Source of the DNA: Octopus sinensis
Taxonomy: Eukaryota
Assembly (NCBI RefSeq): GCF_006345805.1
Contig: NC_042998.1
Span: 80,848,001-80,912,000 of the forward strand
Reading direction: 5' to 3'
Length of the DNA: 64,000 bases
In this document: in pieces, positions 25,718 to 37,977 of the stretch
Layout: each line of letters opens with the position of its first letter
How positions within the stretch are numbered: the first letter of the stretch is position 1
Notes under the pieces: model-generated
Told to the model about the DNA's origin: nothing
The model's input: only the letters and a program-made list of their open reading frames with translations
The model's database searches: none
Position numbers and translations under genes: made by a program

Positions 25718-26043
25718 GCTTTCAAAGTACACTTAAACCGTAACATTATATTTGCATTTTGTTATATTACAGTATGCAATATCAAATACCAAAAATATTT
25801 AGTCGGATATTTTCTACTTGGTTATTGATACTCTACTTCACTGTATCTCTCTCCAAAACAAATTACAAGATTCTGTATTGGTTTTAGTTAAAACTAGCAA
25901 AATACTTGAGTTATATTTGTTTGACAAGTGATTTTATCTGAGATTATGTTGCGTTTAGAATAACTGTATTGTAATAGAATCACCGTAGAAGACATATTAA
26001 AACACTGAAATACTATTCAATGTAGTATTTTAAGCATTATTCA

Positions 26044-26104
<61 letters not shown>

Positions 26105-26105
<1 letters not shown>

Positions 26106-26655
26106 TGATGCAGTACCAGGCAGTGGCTCTCATGGCTTCTGATCTTAACTGATTGGAAGTGTTATCATGTACATTGTTTTGTCTTGGTATAAAAGATGGG
26201 CTACAGCAAATATTCTGCTCAATACTACAGATTTGCTTGTCAGTTGTTTGACCTTAACCAGTTGAGCATGTCCCTTAGTGGCTGACGATATGTGCATCTC
26301 TGATCACGAGCAGAAGTAGTGGGGGAGCATCATAGCCATGTGTTGAGAAGGATTCTTTGGGGTTTGAATAATTCACCTCTGGAAACATGGGTGTTTCGTT
26401 CAACATCCTTAAACAAGCCTTATTCAGGGACCTTTTGAGCGGGATGGGTTACTCGATCTGAAGAAAATTCTAACTGGGCTCCACCTGCAAGGTCATGTGC
26501 TGTTTATCTTGATATGAGATCACCATGTTGCGCACATATGGTTGTGATACATGTGCCTGGTGTACCCTTATCAGACGGGTAGTCATGATGGGTATACTGG
26601 GCTTCGTATATTTTACCCCAGTGTCACTTCGATGGCATGCTCTGCTCGCTCACTC
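26105..26655. mobile_element. About 550-bp non-coding element bounded by (AAT)n, copy 1
   Basis: Colinear with 27767-28316; its end also occurs at about 30392-30452; no convincing ORF. Confidence 0.75.
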
Positions 26656-26689
26656 AATAATAATAATAATAATAATAATGATAATAATA

Positions 26690-27688
26690 AATGGAGCTGA
26701 CCCAAAATGCCGATTCTGTAACGATGAGATTGAAACAATAAACCACCTAATCTCAGGGTGTAGAGTCTTAGCACCTGCAGAATATAAAGCAAGACATAAC
26801 AGAGTCGGCCAGTTTCACATTGGACAATATGTCGGTATTATAAAATCAAGGCGGCGAGTTGGCTGTAGCGTTAGCACGCTGAGGGAAATGCTTCGCGGTA
26901 TTTCGTCTGCGTTACGTTGTGAGTTCAAATTCCGCCGAGGTCGACTTTGCCTTTCATCCTTTCGGGGTCGATAAATTAAGTACCAGTTACGCACTGGGGT
27001 CGATGTAATCGACTTAATACCTATGTCTGTCCTTGTTTGTCCCCTCTGTGTTTAGCCCCTTGTGGGTAATAAAGAAATAGGTATTATAAAATCAAAACCG
27101 CTGACAAATGGTATAAACATCATCCTGAAGCTGTGACTAAGGGAGAAAATGTGTCGATTCTATGGGACTTCCCCGTACAAACCGACAAGACTATAAATGC
27201 TAATAAACCGGATATTATTATAAAAGATCAGACAAAAAAGATGTGTTTATTAATTGACATGAGTATCCCTTGCGATCACAATATAGCGGCGAAAAAATTT
27301 GACAAGATTAGTAAATATAAAAACCTGCTAATAGAAATTGAAAAAATGTGGCATCTCAAGGCGACTACAGTACCAGTGATTGTAGGATCTCTAGGAATGA
27401 TAAAAAAAGGTACTGAAACCTATTTGAAAATGATACCAGGCTTATCATCCCTACAGGAAGTGCAAAAAATCGTATTAACTGGAACGGCTCATGTACTGAG
27501 AAGAGTTTTATCGCTGTGAAAACAACATCCATCCATGAATTTATTTATTTATTAATTTTTAAATACATATTTTATCTGTGAATTTGCGTGTGTAATCTGG
27601 GAATGCATACAATGAGCTTCTCTGCCCTAGGTGTATGGAAAACACTCGACGAGAAACGGAAGAAAATTTGAAGAAAGAAGGAAAAAAC

Positions 27689-27689
<1 letters not shown>
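26690..27689 (+). mobile_element. Dong/R4-type 3' fragment with CCHC zinc knuckle and REL domain, interrupted by a SINE
   Basis: DPKCRFCNDEIETINHLISGC..YKARHNRV, then after the SINE ..WYKHHPE..ILWDFPVQTDK..KPDIII..LIDMSIP..KYKNL..TGTAHVLRRVLSL*; (AAT)n on both sides. Confidence 0.9.
26850..27079 (+). mobile_element. SINE family 2, full length, 16-bp TSD, inserted in a Dong/R4 fragment
   Basis: TSD GGTATTATAAAATCAA at 26834-26849 and 27080-27095. Confidence 0.92.
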
Positions 27690-27761
<72 letters not shown>

Positions 27762-27766
27762 ATGCC

Positions 27767-28316
27767 CTGATGCAGTACCAGGCAGTGGCTCTCATGGCTT
27801 CTGATCTTAACTGATTGGAAGTGTTATCATGTACATTGTTTTGTCTTGGTATAAAAGATGGGCTACAGCAAATATTCTGCTCAATACCACAGATTTGCTT
27901 GTCAGTTGTTTGACCTTAACCAGTTGAGCATGTCCCTTAGTGGCTGACGATATGTGCATCTCTGATCACGAGCAGAAGTAGTGAGGGAGCATCATAGCCA
28001 TGTGTTGAGAGGGATTCTTTGGGGTTTGAATAATTCACCTCTGGAAACACGGGTGGTTCTTTCAACATCCTTAAACAATCCTTATTCAGGGACTTTTGAG
28101 CGGGATGGGCTACTCAACCTGAAGAAAATTCTAACTGGGCCCCACCTGCAAGGTCATATGCTGTTTATCTTGATATGAGATCACCATGTCGCGCACATAT
28201 GGTTGTGATGCATGTGCCTGGTGTACCTTTATCAGACGGGTAGTCATGATGGGTATATTGGGCTTCGTATATTTTACCCCAGTGTCACTTTGATGGCATG
28301 AACTGCTCTCTCACTC
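27767..28316. mobile_element. About 550-bp (AAT)n-bounded element, copy 2
   Basis: ctgatgcagtaccagg ... ctcactc-AAT; scattered substitutions relative to copy 1. Confidence 0.75.
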
Positions 28317-29596
28317 AATAATAATGATAATAATAATAGTATTAAAGTGTTCAATAGAAACGACGTACAGTTCCGTATCTTCACTAATAAGATTCTACAA
28401 TTCTACAGTGTAACCTTGTTTCACCAATATATTCTGAAATATTAAAAAAATAATGAAAATATGAAGAAATTTCAAGATCTCAAGAACATCAATAAACACC
28501 AGGAAATTCTATTTAAAAAAATCACTTAAGAGAAAAATTTTGTAATCTCAACGGAAAGATGTGGATTATTTGAGAATATGAAATTTTTCCTAGATACCGT
28601 GTAAGTAATTTTGATGTTACATAATTCTATTTTATATTTTATTGCAAATTTTATTAATATATCTGGCTGTATGTCCATCTAGTTTTTTAATGTGCTTTGG
28701 TATTTTCGTTTATTGATTTTTTAAAAAGAGTATGAAACTTTGTTTAGTCATGAATTGTAGCTGTGATTTACTAGATAAGTTTGCCTAGAGTTCACGTGTG
28801 TGTGAGTGTGTGTATAATCAGCATAAAAATTTACTCACAACCCTGTGAATAGGAGCTTTTATTAACGCTATACTTTCTGTTAATATAAGAGATAAAAGGT
28901 ATATCAATATGATATCACTACAGTGGATATGGTTTTGTCAAAAAGTACACACTAGGAATGAGTGATTAGTTTTATATGCCACGTGATATACTGGATTCTA
29001 ACTTCGCAGACAAATTGAATTCAAAATAGCTTCAGGGACTACTTTCCTACTGTACGTCAAGCGACTATGTCTGGCAGCAGATATGACAACTCATGATTAA
29101 TTTGGTAGTCTTTTCTAAGTTAGGACACTCCTTCTCGTTTAGGTTTACCTTGTTTTCTAAAAATCCTTAGCCATTTACTCTTTTGCATATGAATTTAATC
29201 GATCCACTTAAAAAATGTTGGTACTCGCATCCTGTTTGGATGAAAATTGACGAAATAACACGTATTTATGCTGTACTAACTTTTAAACGAATACACAGTT
29301 CAGGGGTTTTCTTTCTTTTGTCCCTGAATTTTTACAAGGGAAATAACAATTAAGAAATCCTTATATGTTATCTCTCTTCATCAGTGTATTAATTTCGAAG
29401 TCTTGCAGAGACTCGGGTAATTTCGTGTATACATTTCCAAAATGGAGACGATTAATGGCATATTAAAGTGAATCGATTGAAGGTTGTGAAAATACTTTTA
29501 GCAGAAAACCATTCTCAATCCACATACAAAGAATATTTTACCACCATGCGGTGCTGAGTACTCATTCACAATATTCGATACTGGCATGTAGACACA

Positions 29597-29685
<89 letters not shown>

Positions 29686-30030
29686 CACACACACACACAC
29701 AAACACGTTTTTATCGTTTACTTTTTTCAGTACTTGATGAATATTTAGTCGAATGTATTGGTCTCAGTACCTTATTTTTTAAAAGCCTGGCACCTATTCC
29801 AATGGTCTGTTTTGTTAAACCAGTTGTCAAGCGTGGAGACAAACACAGAGGGAAAGACACATAAACAAACATAGGTATATCTATGAAGAGATTGATGCAT
29901 AGCTGACCATTATTCATCCTGTCGGACGTATTTTGGATGTATCCATCGAAACTTGTGTAGGAGATATGAAGATATGAAGATATGAATGATTTAATAACAT
30001 CCTGAGAGTTTATCACCTTTTTCTACTTTT

Positions 30031-30076
<46 letters not shown>

Positions 30077-30452
30077 GCAGCTGAATTCTGCTTTTAAAAT
30101 GCTCGCTTCGAGAGTTGCATTCCCTCGTATTCGGTACAATGTGTTTATTTATTATGCTAGTTTTGACTTTAAGAGTCCCTCCTAGCGTGAGGAATTTATG
30201 TATAGTAATGCCCTTAATATAGATAAATATATTTAAGAGAAATAATTGATGGATCTTTCCCTTATGAGGTTTTTCACGCTAACTACTTGCTAAATTCTTA
30301 TAAAGATTTTATCCTATTTTTCAATTACACACACACACAACATATATATATATCTGCGGCCATGCTGGAGCATCACCTTTAGTCGAACAAATACTGGGCT
30401 TCTTATATTTTACACCAGTGTCACTTTGATGACATGCACTGCTCTCTCACTC

Positions 30453-30515
<63 letters not shown>

Positions 30516-30517
<2 letters not shown>

Positions 30518-30903
30518 AGGAAAAAAATGCTTTCTAATTGATGTATCAATACCGGCAGATGACAACGTGTCTCTAAAAGAAATGGAGAAACTCTCAAAAT
30601 ACAAAGACCAGGAAATAGAGGTAACTAGAATGTGGAACCTGAAAACAGAAACAATTCCTATCATAGTAGGTGCATTAGGCATGATAAAAAAATATTCAGA
30701 CAAATACATAACAAAAACACCAGGACTTACAAACACATATAACATACAGAAAATTGCACTACTAGGCACTGCACACATCCTACGCAGAGCACTTTCCATA
30801 CAATAACCATCAGAGCATCACAACAAATCACAGCACATACCCAAGGCACACAGAGCTGTGCTCGGTAGTGAAGTGAAAGCACGCTATAAAAATAAAACTA
30901 CTG
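30516..30903 (+). mobile_element. Dong/R4-type 3' fragment, same subfamily as copies 1 and 2, independent 5' truncation
   Basis: EGKKCFLIDVSIPADDNVSLKEMEKLSKYKD..GTAHILRRALSIQ*, same 3' UTR ending actactg-(AAT)n. Confidence 0.9.
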
Positions 30904-30984
30904 AATAATAATAATAATAATAGTAACAACAACAACATCGAAAAATACCTTAGGAATGAAACCCCAGGTTCGAAATTTCCCCAA

Positions 30985-31030
30985 GACACCTGATGAAGGC
31001 TGGAGGGTATATCAGCCGAAACGTTGTGTT
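30985..31030 (+). ncRNA. Minimal type I hammerhead ribozyme, family C (palindromic AACGTT)
   Basis: gacac-CTGATGA-a-ggctg(gagggtatat)cagcc-GAAACGTT-gtgtt: 5-bp helix I, 5-bp helix II, one extra A after A9, GUU triplet. Confidence 0.65.
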
Positions 31031-31255
31031 AACAACAAACAAGATGAGGACAAATATCCGTCAATTGCAAATAATGTAAATAATGTACATAATTCCTCTT
31101 AAATAGAGAACTGGAGAACAGAAATTAAGTAAAATGTTTTGTAGATATTTCCATAGTCTAGCTAAATATTTCCATAGTCGGTCTGTCTGTCTCTCTATTC
31201 CTTGTGAATGCCTCGTAGGTGGGTAGTAGTAAATCAGATAAATATATATGTATGT

Positions 31256-31330
<75 letters not shown>

Positions 31331-31950
31331 TATATATATATATATATGTGTGTGTGTATGTGTGTGTGTACCATACACACACATGTATGTTGTATGTGTT
31401 TATGCGTTCATGATTCTGTAAAATCCACTGAACGAGCTATTCATTAAATTACCTTAGCATCCGTTGTACTGACTCTTAAGTTCTCGGGCAAATCACCATG
31501 ACAACCCTTTACTTTTATATTACCGATAATGTGCATATAACGTGTATCTACACATATTTCCTCTGCAAAAATTTATTCACAAAACATGGTTGTCCCATGT
31601 GTATGATAAAGAATCTTGCTCACCATGCAAACCTGGAATACAACATGGAAATATAATTTGCCTGAAAGTAGCTAACTTACAGTATAAAATATTTTAATCG
31701 TTATTTTAATTGAAGCTTGTTTAAGAACTTACATAAATACAAATTTAACTTATAAGTACATAATTTAATAATTATAAACGATAGACGCATAGGTGTAAGT
31801 ATGGTCGTGTGCTTAAAAAGATGACTTTACAACAACGTGGTTTTAGGTTCAGATCCACTACGTGGCATTTTAGGCAATTGCCATCTATTATAGTCCAGGT
31901 CCGACTAATTCTTTGCGAGTGAATTCTGTATAAGGTAACTGTGCAAACCT

Positions 31951-32180
31951 ATTTCATTACTACCCACAAGGGGCTAAACACAGAGAGGACAAACAAGGAC
32001 AGACAAACAGATTAAGTCGATTATATCGACCCCAGTGCGTAACTGGTACTTAATTTATCGACCCCGAAAGGATGAGAGGCAAAGGCGACCTCGGCGGAAT
32101 TTGAACTCAGAACGTATCGTCAGACGAAATACGGCTACGCTTTTCGCCCGGTGTGCTAACGATTCTGCCAGCTCGCCGTC
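31951..32180 (-). mobile_element. SINE family 2, full length, 16-bp TSD, inserted in a decayed family 1 SINE
   Basis: TSD GTAACTGTGCAAACCT at 31935-31950 and 32181-32196. Confidence 0.92.
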
Positions 32181-32749
32181 GTAACTGTGCAAACCTGTCT
32201 TTTATATAGATATGTGTGTGTGTATGATTGCGTTTATGCGTCTTTGTCTTTGACCTCCCCACACCACTTGAAAATTGGTGTTCGTTTGTTTACGGCCTCA
32301 TAATCTAGTAGTTCGGTAAACATATTTATTTTAAGTATCAGACTTAAAAATATAAGTACAGGGGTTGATTATTTGATTAAACCGTTCAAAGTTCGAGCCC
32401 AACATCGCTGCAGTTCAATGATTGAAACAAATAAAATAAAAAAAATTCAGAGACGATTGAAGTAAAGTACAAAGTTATAGGAGTCTCCATTTTTATCCGT
32501 TTGAATATTTTACACATTTTTATTACCTAGTGGAATTTGTACCTACTCAAACAGAGGATGATTAAGAGCAACTGTAATGTATTAAAGTTGCAGACCAACT
32601 TTGGGATAAAATGCAATGTCGAAGCTGACTGCCAGGATTTAAACTTGTCCAGGAATCAACAAAGTTAAATACTACTTACGAAGAACTTTACCATCTGTGC
32701 ATCTCTTAGAGACATGATAATAAAATCACAATGAATTATATAAAGATAA

Positions 32750-33175
32750 TCCTTTCTGTCATACGTACAAACCATGACACTTTTGGGGAAAAGGGTGAGT
32801 CGATTACATTGACCCCAGTACTGAAATGATAATTATTTCATCGACCCTGAAAGTTAAAGTCTACTTCGGTGAGTTTTAAACTCAGAACGTAAAGATGTCC
32901 GGCGTTCTAACGATTCTGTCAGCTAACAGCCCTAAATTCTATTAGGAAAATAGTAATAATAATGGTTTCAAATTTTGGCATAATGCCAGCAATTTTAGAA
33001 GAGGAGTTGAATCGATTACATTGACCCCAGTGCTCAACAGGTACTTATTTTATAGACTCCAAAGGGATGAAGGACAAGGTCAACCTCGGTAGTATTTGAC
33101 CTCAGATCGTAAAGATGGATGAAATACTGCTAAGCATTTTTTCCCGGCATGCCTATGATTGTGTCAGTTTGCTGG
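32750..33175 (-). mobile_element. Two decayed SINE family 2 copies
   Basis: gtcgattacattgaccccagt..atcgaccc core seen twice. Confidence 0.7.
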
Positions 33176-34360
33176 CCCATTTATATAAACGATTGTATCA
33201 AAATTTGACATAATACCAGTAAAGGAAGTGAAAGGGTTATTTGCATGATTATATATTTTATGATTTATGTTTACATGTTTTTGAAATGACTAAGGATTAA
33301 AATTAATGTTTCATGTGTAGCAAGTAGCCATTTTAGCCATTTTGAAATAAGGGGCCAATTGGTGGTAGCTGGCAATATGACGTAATGTCGTATTGCCGAA
33401 GAAATATTATTGTCGTTTTTTCCACTGGTTAATATAACTGCTCATATAAGGATTCTAAAAAGTTACTTAAAGAATATTTGTAATGGATTTCGATTCTTTT
33501 AAGTCAAGTTGAGCAGTTATAAAAACCCTGGATTTTGGAAAAAACTTTAGTGTTTGTTGGGTGTAACTAAACTCCACGACACTCACTTCTTTGACATTGG
33601 TGATTTTTATACTATGTCCAAAGAAAATCAGACAAGTCTTATTTGAATTGTTATGATTCAATGTTAGTTAGATTTATGAATTAGCTAGTGAAATATATAG
33701 TCGTACTACTACACGACGAAAATTATCTTTCCTTTCACATGTACATGATATACAATGTTATGTTTATATAATAAAACTAATTAAGAAAATGTTTTCTCTT
33801 CACGTTTTTCAACTGTGTATAAATATGCATTTCTGTAATCATATAATTATATTTTCTTATAGCGGTTAAATGAATACGAAGATAATATTGTACATACATG
33901 ACGCTAATATTCTTAGCGTTCCATAAGTATATTTCTCTATGGCGTAGTTCGGATTTGCGTATAAAGATAACACTTAAGTTATAGGTGACATTTTAACCAT
34001 TATATACACCCTTACTTAAAAAGCCAAATAAAATAATCTATTTCCCAATAGGAAACACAATAAATGTCATTACATTACTGTAAAAAAACTAATTAGAGAA
34101 TATACGATATTAACATAACCTAAGAGAAAGCTCATGGTAGCCTAAAACCGCCTAAACATATATAAGTGAGATGAATAACAAAGAACGTTGACTGGTTATC
34201 CTGAGGTGACTATTGCAAAGAGCACACCAATTCAGTAAATGTTTCCCCTGGGCAGCATAAAGAAGGGAACTTGCAAGTTAAATTTATTATTCGAAGTTAA
34301 AACAACTACTAATCCGGCACAAAACTATAATATTTGTAATCATTAAAATCATTCAACCCT

Positions 34361-34445
<85 letters not shown>

Positions 34446-34661
34446 CTGTGTAGGTAAACATATGTACTCACACCTCACAGATATACATGCGTTTGTTTGT
34501 GTATGGGATATAAGGAATAGTTTGTCGATTTGATGGAGAGAGTGAACTAATGTGTGGCACGAACATTTCATCACCACAAACAAATAATTTGCGCAGATTG
34601 TTCGACAAAAGCTTAACGCTTATACATCGATTTCGAGAGTCCATCATATGTATATATATAT

Positions 34662-34836
34662 AAAGGAAAAGTTTACGAAAATAAACAAAAGACGAAGGCA
34701 GGTGGAGTACAAACAAACAAATGCATTAGTATAGCGCTCAGGAATAGAAAAAGTCTTTTACGTTTCGAGCCTACGCTCTTCGACAGAAAGATACACAAAA
34801 AACAAGGAGAGAAAAAATGCGTGTAGGAGCTATGAA
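34662..34836 (-). mobile_element. Family C Penelope-like terminal fragment
   Basis: Reverse complement of 52252-52370; carries the minimal hammerhead-like core; bounded by (TA)n. Confidence 0.55.
34754..34791 (-). ncRNA. Minimal hammerhead-like motif, A6U variant
   Basis: Minus strand tcttt-CTGTCGA-a-gagc(gtag)gctc-GAAACGTA-aaaga; the same variant core occurs at 301-333(+) and 52252-52285(+). Confidence 0.45.
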
Positions 34837-34846
34837 TATATATATA

Positions 34847-34895
<49 letters not shown>

Positions 34896-35764
34896 CATAT
34901 ATATTTCTCTCTGTGTATATATATGTATATATATATATATTTTATTTATTTTATTTATTTATTTATCTAGTTTCAGCTCACTAACTGTGGCCATGCTGGG
35001 ACACCGCCATTTGGGGTTGCTACATGATTTTACTTCACGAATGCTTTTTAGCAATTGCCATTTTGTGCATGAGAGAGTTCGATGCAGCTGCCCTCATCTG
35101 CACCTCCTGCCGTGAAGTTGGTTCATCTGGGATACCTGACAAGAAGAGATCCAGTTTCATTTTAAAGACATCTGCATCCACCCCATGCAGGTCTCTTAGG
35201 TTCTTCGGGAGGATATTGAAGAGCTGTGGGCCTCGGAAGCCCAGGCTATCACAGTATCTTGTCCTACATCATGATGGCAAATTTGGAGTCCTTGGCACTA
35301 TGCAGTGGTACCAGTTCTGGCATTTGTGTAACCTCGATGCCAAAGTTTGGGACAAGTCCTTCTAGGATCTCCAGATGTATATTATGGCATATCTTTCTCG
35401 CCTACGTTCTAAGGAATAGAGTCTCATCTCTTGAGTCTTCCCAATAGCTTATATGCTGCACAGAGGCTATCTTCTTCGTGTAGCTTCGTGGGATCGCCTC
35501 AGTTCTGTGATTAACTTGATACTGGATGGTGACCATAGCTGAGAGCAATAGTCAAAGTGGCTTAGGACAAGTGTCCTCCAGAGGACCATCATGGTTTCCT
35601 GGTCTCTTGTTCTGAAGGTTCTAGGAATCCATCCGGTCAGCCGCCTACATTTCATTGCCAATTTAGAAACATGCACATGAAAGGTTGCATCATCACTCAT
35701 GTAAATACCCAGGTCTCACACTGATTATGCCTCTGGATTGCAAGTCCCACCAGGTCCAGTGTAT

Positions 35765-36661
35765 TTATTGGGTATTGCATTTAGTTTTGCGCTGCTGATA
35801 GCATAGAACTTGAAACTTTTCAGCATTGAACTGCATGCTATTCTTTTCAGCCCACTTGTATATTTTGTCCAGCTCACATTGCAGGTGCTTAGTGTCTTCA
35901 GGGTTCTGTATTGCCTGTGAAACTTTTGTATCATCTGCATAACTTGTGATCGTGGCTCTCTGCGTGGCTGAGGGCATGTCTGAGAGGGCCATTATGAACA
36001 GTAGTGGTCCCAAAACAGTGCTCTGCGGAACACCGCTCACTATGTGCGTGTTAGTGGAAGTGGCCCCATTGGCTACTACCACCTGACTTCTATCCTTCAG
36101 AAAGTCATGAAGCCACTCTCCCAATTTTCCAACTATGCCAAGATCACGCAGTTTGTGACATAGTATTCCATGATCGACTTTACCAAAGGCCTTTGCAAAG
36201 TCGAGATATATCACTTCCACATTTGAGTGGTTGAGCAGTCGTTTCAGCACCCAGTCATAGTGTTGTAGGAGCTGAGTTAAGCAGCTTCTTCCTGGTCGGA
36301 AACCATGTTGAGTGTCAGGCAGCAAGTCATTTTCTTCAAGGAAGGTGATTAGTTTCCTTCTGACTATTCGTTCCATGACCTTGCTGATGTGTGAGGTCAG
36401 AGAGATAGGTCTGTAGTTCTTGGCCTCCGCTCTGCTACCTCCTTTATGAATGGGGCATATTTTACCTTCCTTCAGTTTTCTTGGAAGTTTGCCAGCTGCA
36501 AGGAAGCTCTGAAAGAGGAACTGCAGTGGTCTTGCTAGGACTCTCTTACATACTTTTAGAAGGATTGCTGGGAATCCATCTGGGCCAGTAGCTGAGTTTG
36601 TTTTCATTTCATCAATAGCCGTTATTACATCGTCTTCCTTTATATTGATGTAATCAATCAT
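35765..36661 (-). pseudogene. LINE ORF2 reverse transcriptase domain
   Basis: SATGPDG, PIHKGG, NYRPISLTS, QHGFRPGRSC, YLDFAKAF, SGVPQSTVLGP, YADD; continues after frameshifts into LWRTLVLSHFDYCSQLWSP. Confidence 0.95.
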
Positions 36662-37269
36662 TGCTGCCTCCGATTTTATATCTGCAGTGGTAAAGAAGTC
36701 GGTTGGATTGCTGACTTGAAAATGCCCAAGGGGTGGAGTGAAAATACTCTTGAATTACTCATTTAGTATTTCACTTACCCTCATTGGATTTACTGTGAGT
36801 GTGCCATCCTTTTCAAGGAGTGGCCATATCCTACAGTGCACCGTAGCTGTTTCTTTGGCATACCTGTAGAAAGCTCTGGGGTTAGATTTTATGTTGTCTA
36901 TAGCCCAGGCTTCTTTGTCTGCTCTTTCTTTTTCATGGGAGAGTTGCAGACATTTTTCAATTTCCAACAGTTTTATTTTCAGGCGAGACTTTTCACTGCT
37001 TTCAATTTGTTTGTTTAGGCGATTTGAAACTTTTGTACGCCGTCTCATTAGAATTTTCCTCACTCTGGGGATTTTGCTCTTGTGTACAGTGGCCTTTCTC
37101 TCTGGGACACATTTGTAGCATATGGCTTGCATTACAGACATGAATTGTTGAAGTTTCATGTCGATGTCTGGTGAGGATAGACATTCAGGCCATTTTTTTG
37201 AGGATCACTTTCTCAATTTGTTTCCAGTTGCTTATGGAAGTTCAAGCTGGAAAGATTCAGAGAGTTACT

Positions 37270-37977
37270 TGTAGGCTGCATGTCCATGCTTTCCTTGGCC
37301 CGTACATGGTCAGCTCTACCATGTTGTGATTCGAGAGTAGTGTCGGTGTCACTTTCACTTATGGATAAGATCCATATTATTTGTGAAGCAGAGATCCAGT
37401 ATATTACCTGCCCTTGTTGGTAGTATTACTTGCTCCATGTACAGAGTGTTGATGAGGTTCAGGAGGGACCTCGCCTGTCCTCGTTCACATCGTGTCATTC
37501 CTGGGAGAGAAAGGCCCTCGGGCCATCTGACATTGGGTAGATTGAATTCTCCTATAAGAAGTACACTTATGTGTTGTTCTAATGTGACTAGAACTTCTAT
37601 TTTTATAAGGCAGTCTTCAAACTTGCCAACATGGCTTGGGGCATCTGGAGGGCGATATGTAGCACATATAACTACACAAGTTGCCTTATATGTACAATTA
37701 GTGTGTCACACACCGAATTTGAGTATGACAAAAGGACCTGGGGTGTGAGGTCCTCACGGATGTACATAGCAACTCCTCCATGACTCCTTTCTTTTCTGTC
37801 GGTCCGTAGTACAACATACTGTGGTATGTGTATTTCCGCATTTGCTATGTCCGGTTTCAGGTGTGTTTCCGTAAGTGCTATGCATAAGGCTTGGTTGCAT
37901 GCAACAATGTCTCTCAAGAACAGGAATTTTGTCCTGTTACTGAGTGTTAGCAGTCCTCTGAGGTTCAGTAGGAGCAT
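37270..37977 (-). pseudogene. LINE ORF2 APE endonuclease domain (frameshifted)
   Basis: MLLLNLRGL, IALTETHL, DRKERSHGGVAMYI, LIGEFNLP, PTRAGNILDLCF motifs. Confidence 0.85.

Noticed and set aside
22429-30799. Minus-strand ORFs MESALRRMCAV... (three copies)
   Set aside because: Antisense shadows of the Dong/R4 endonuclease frame.
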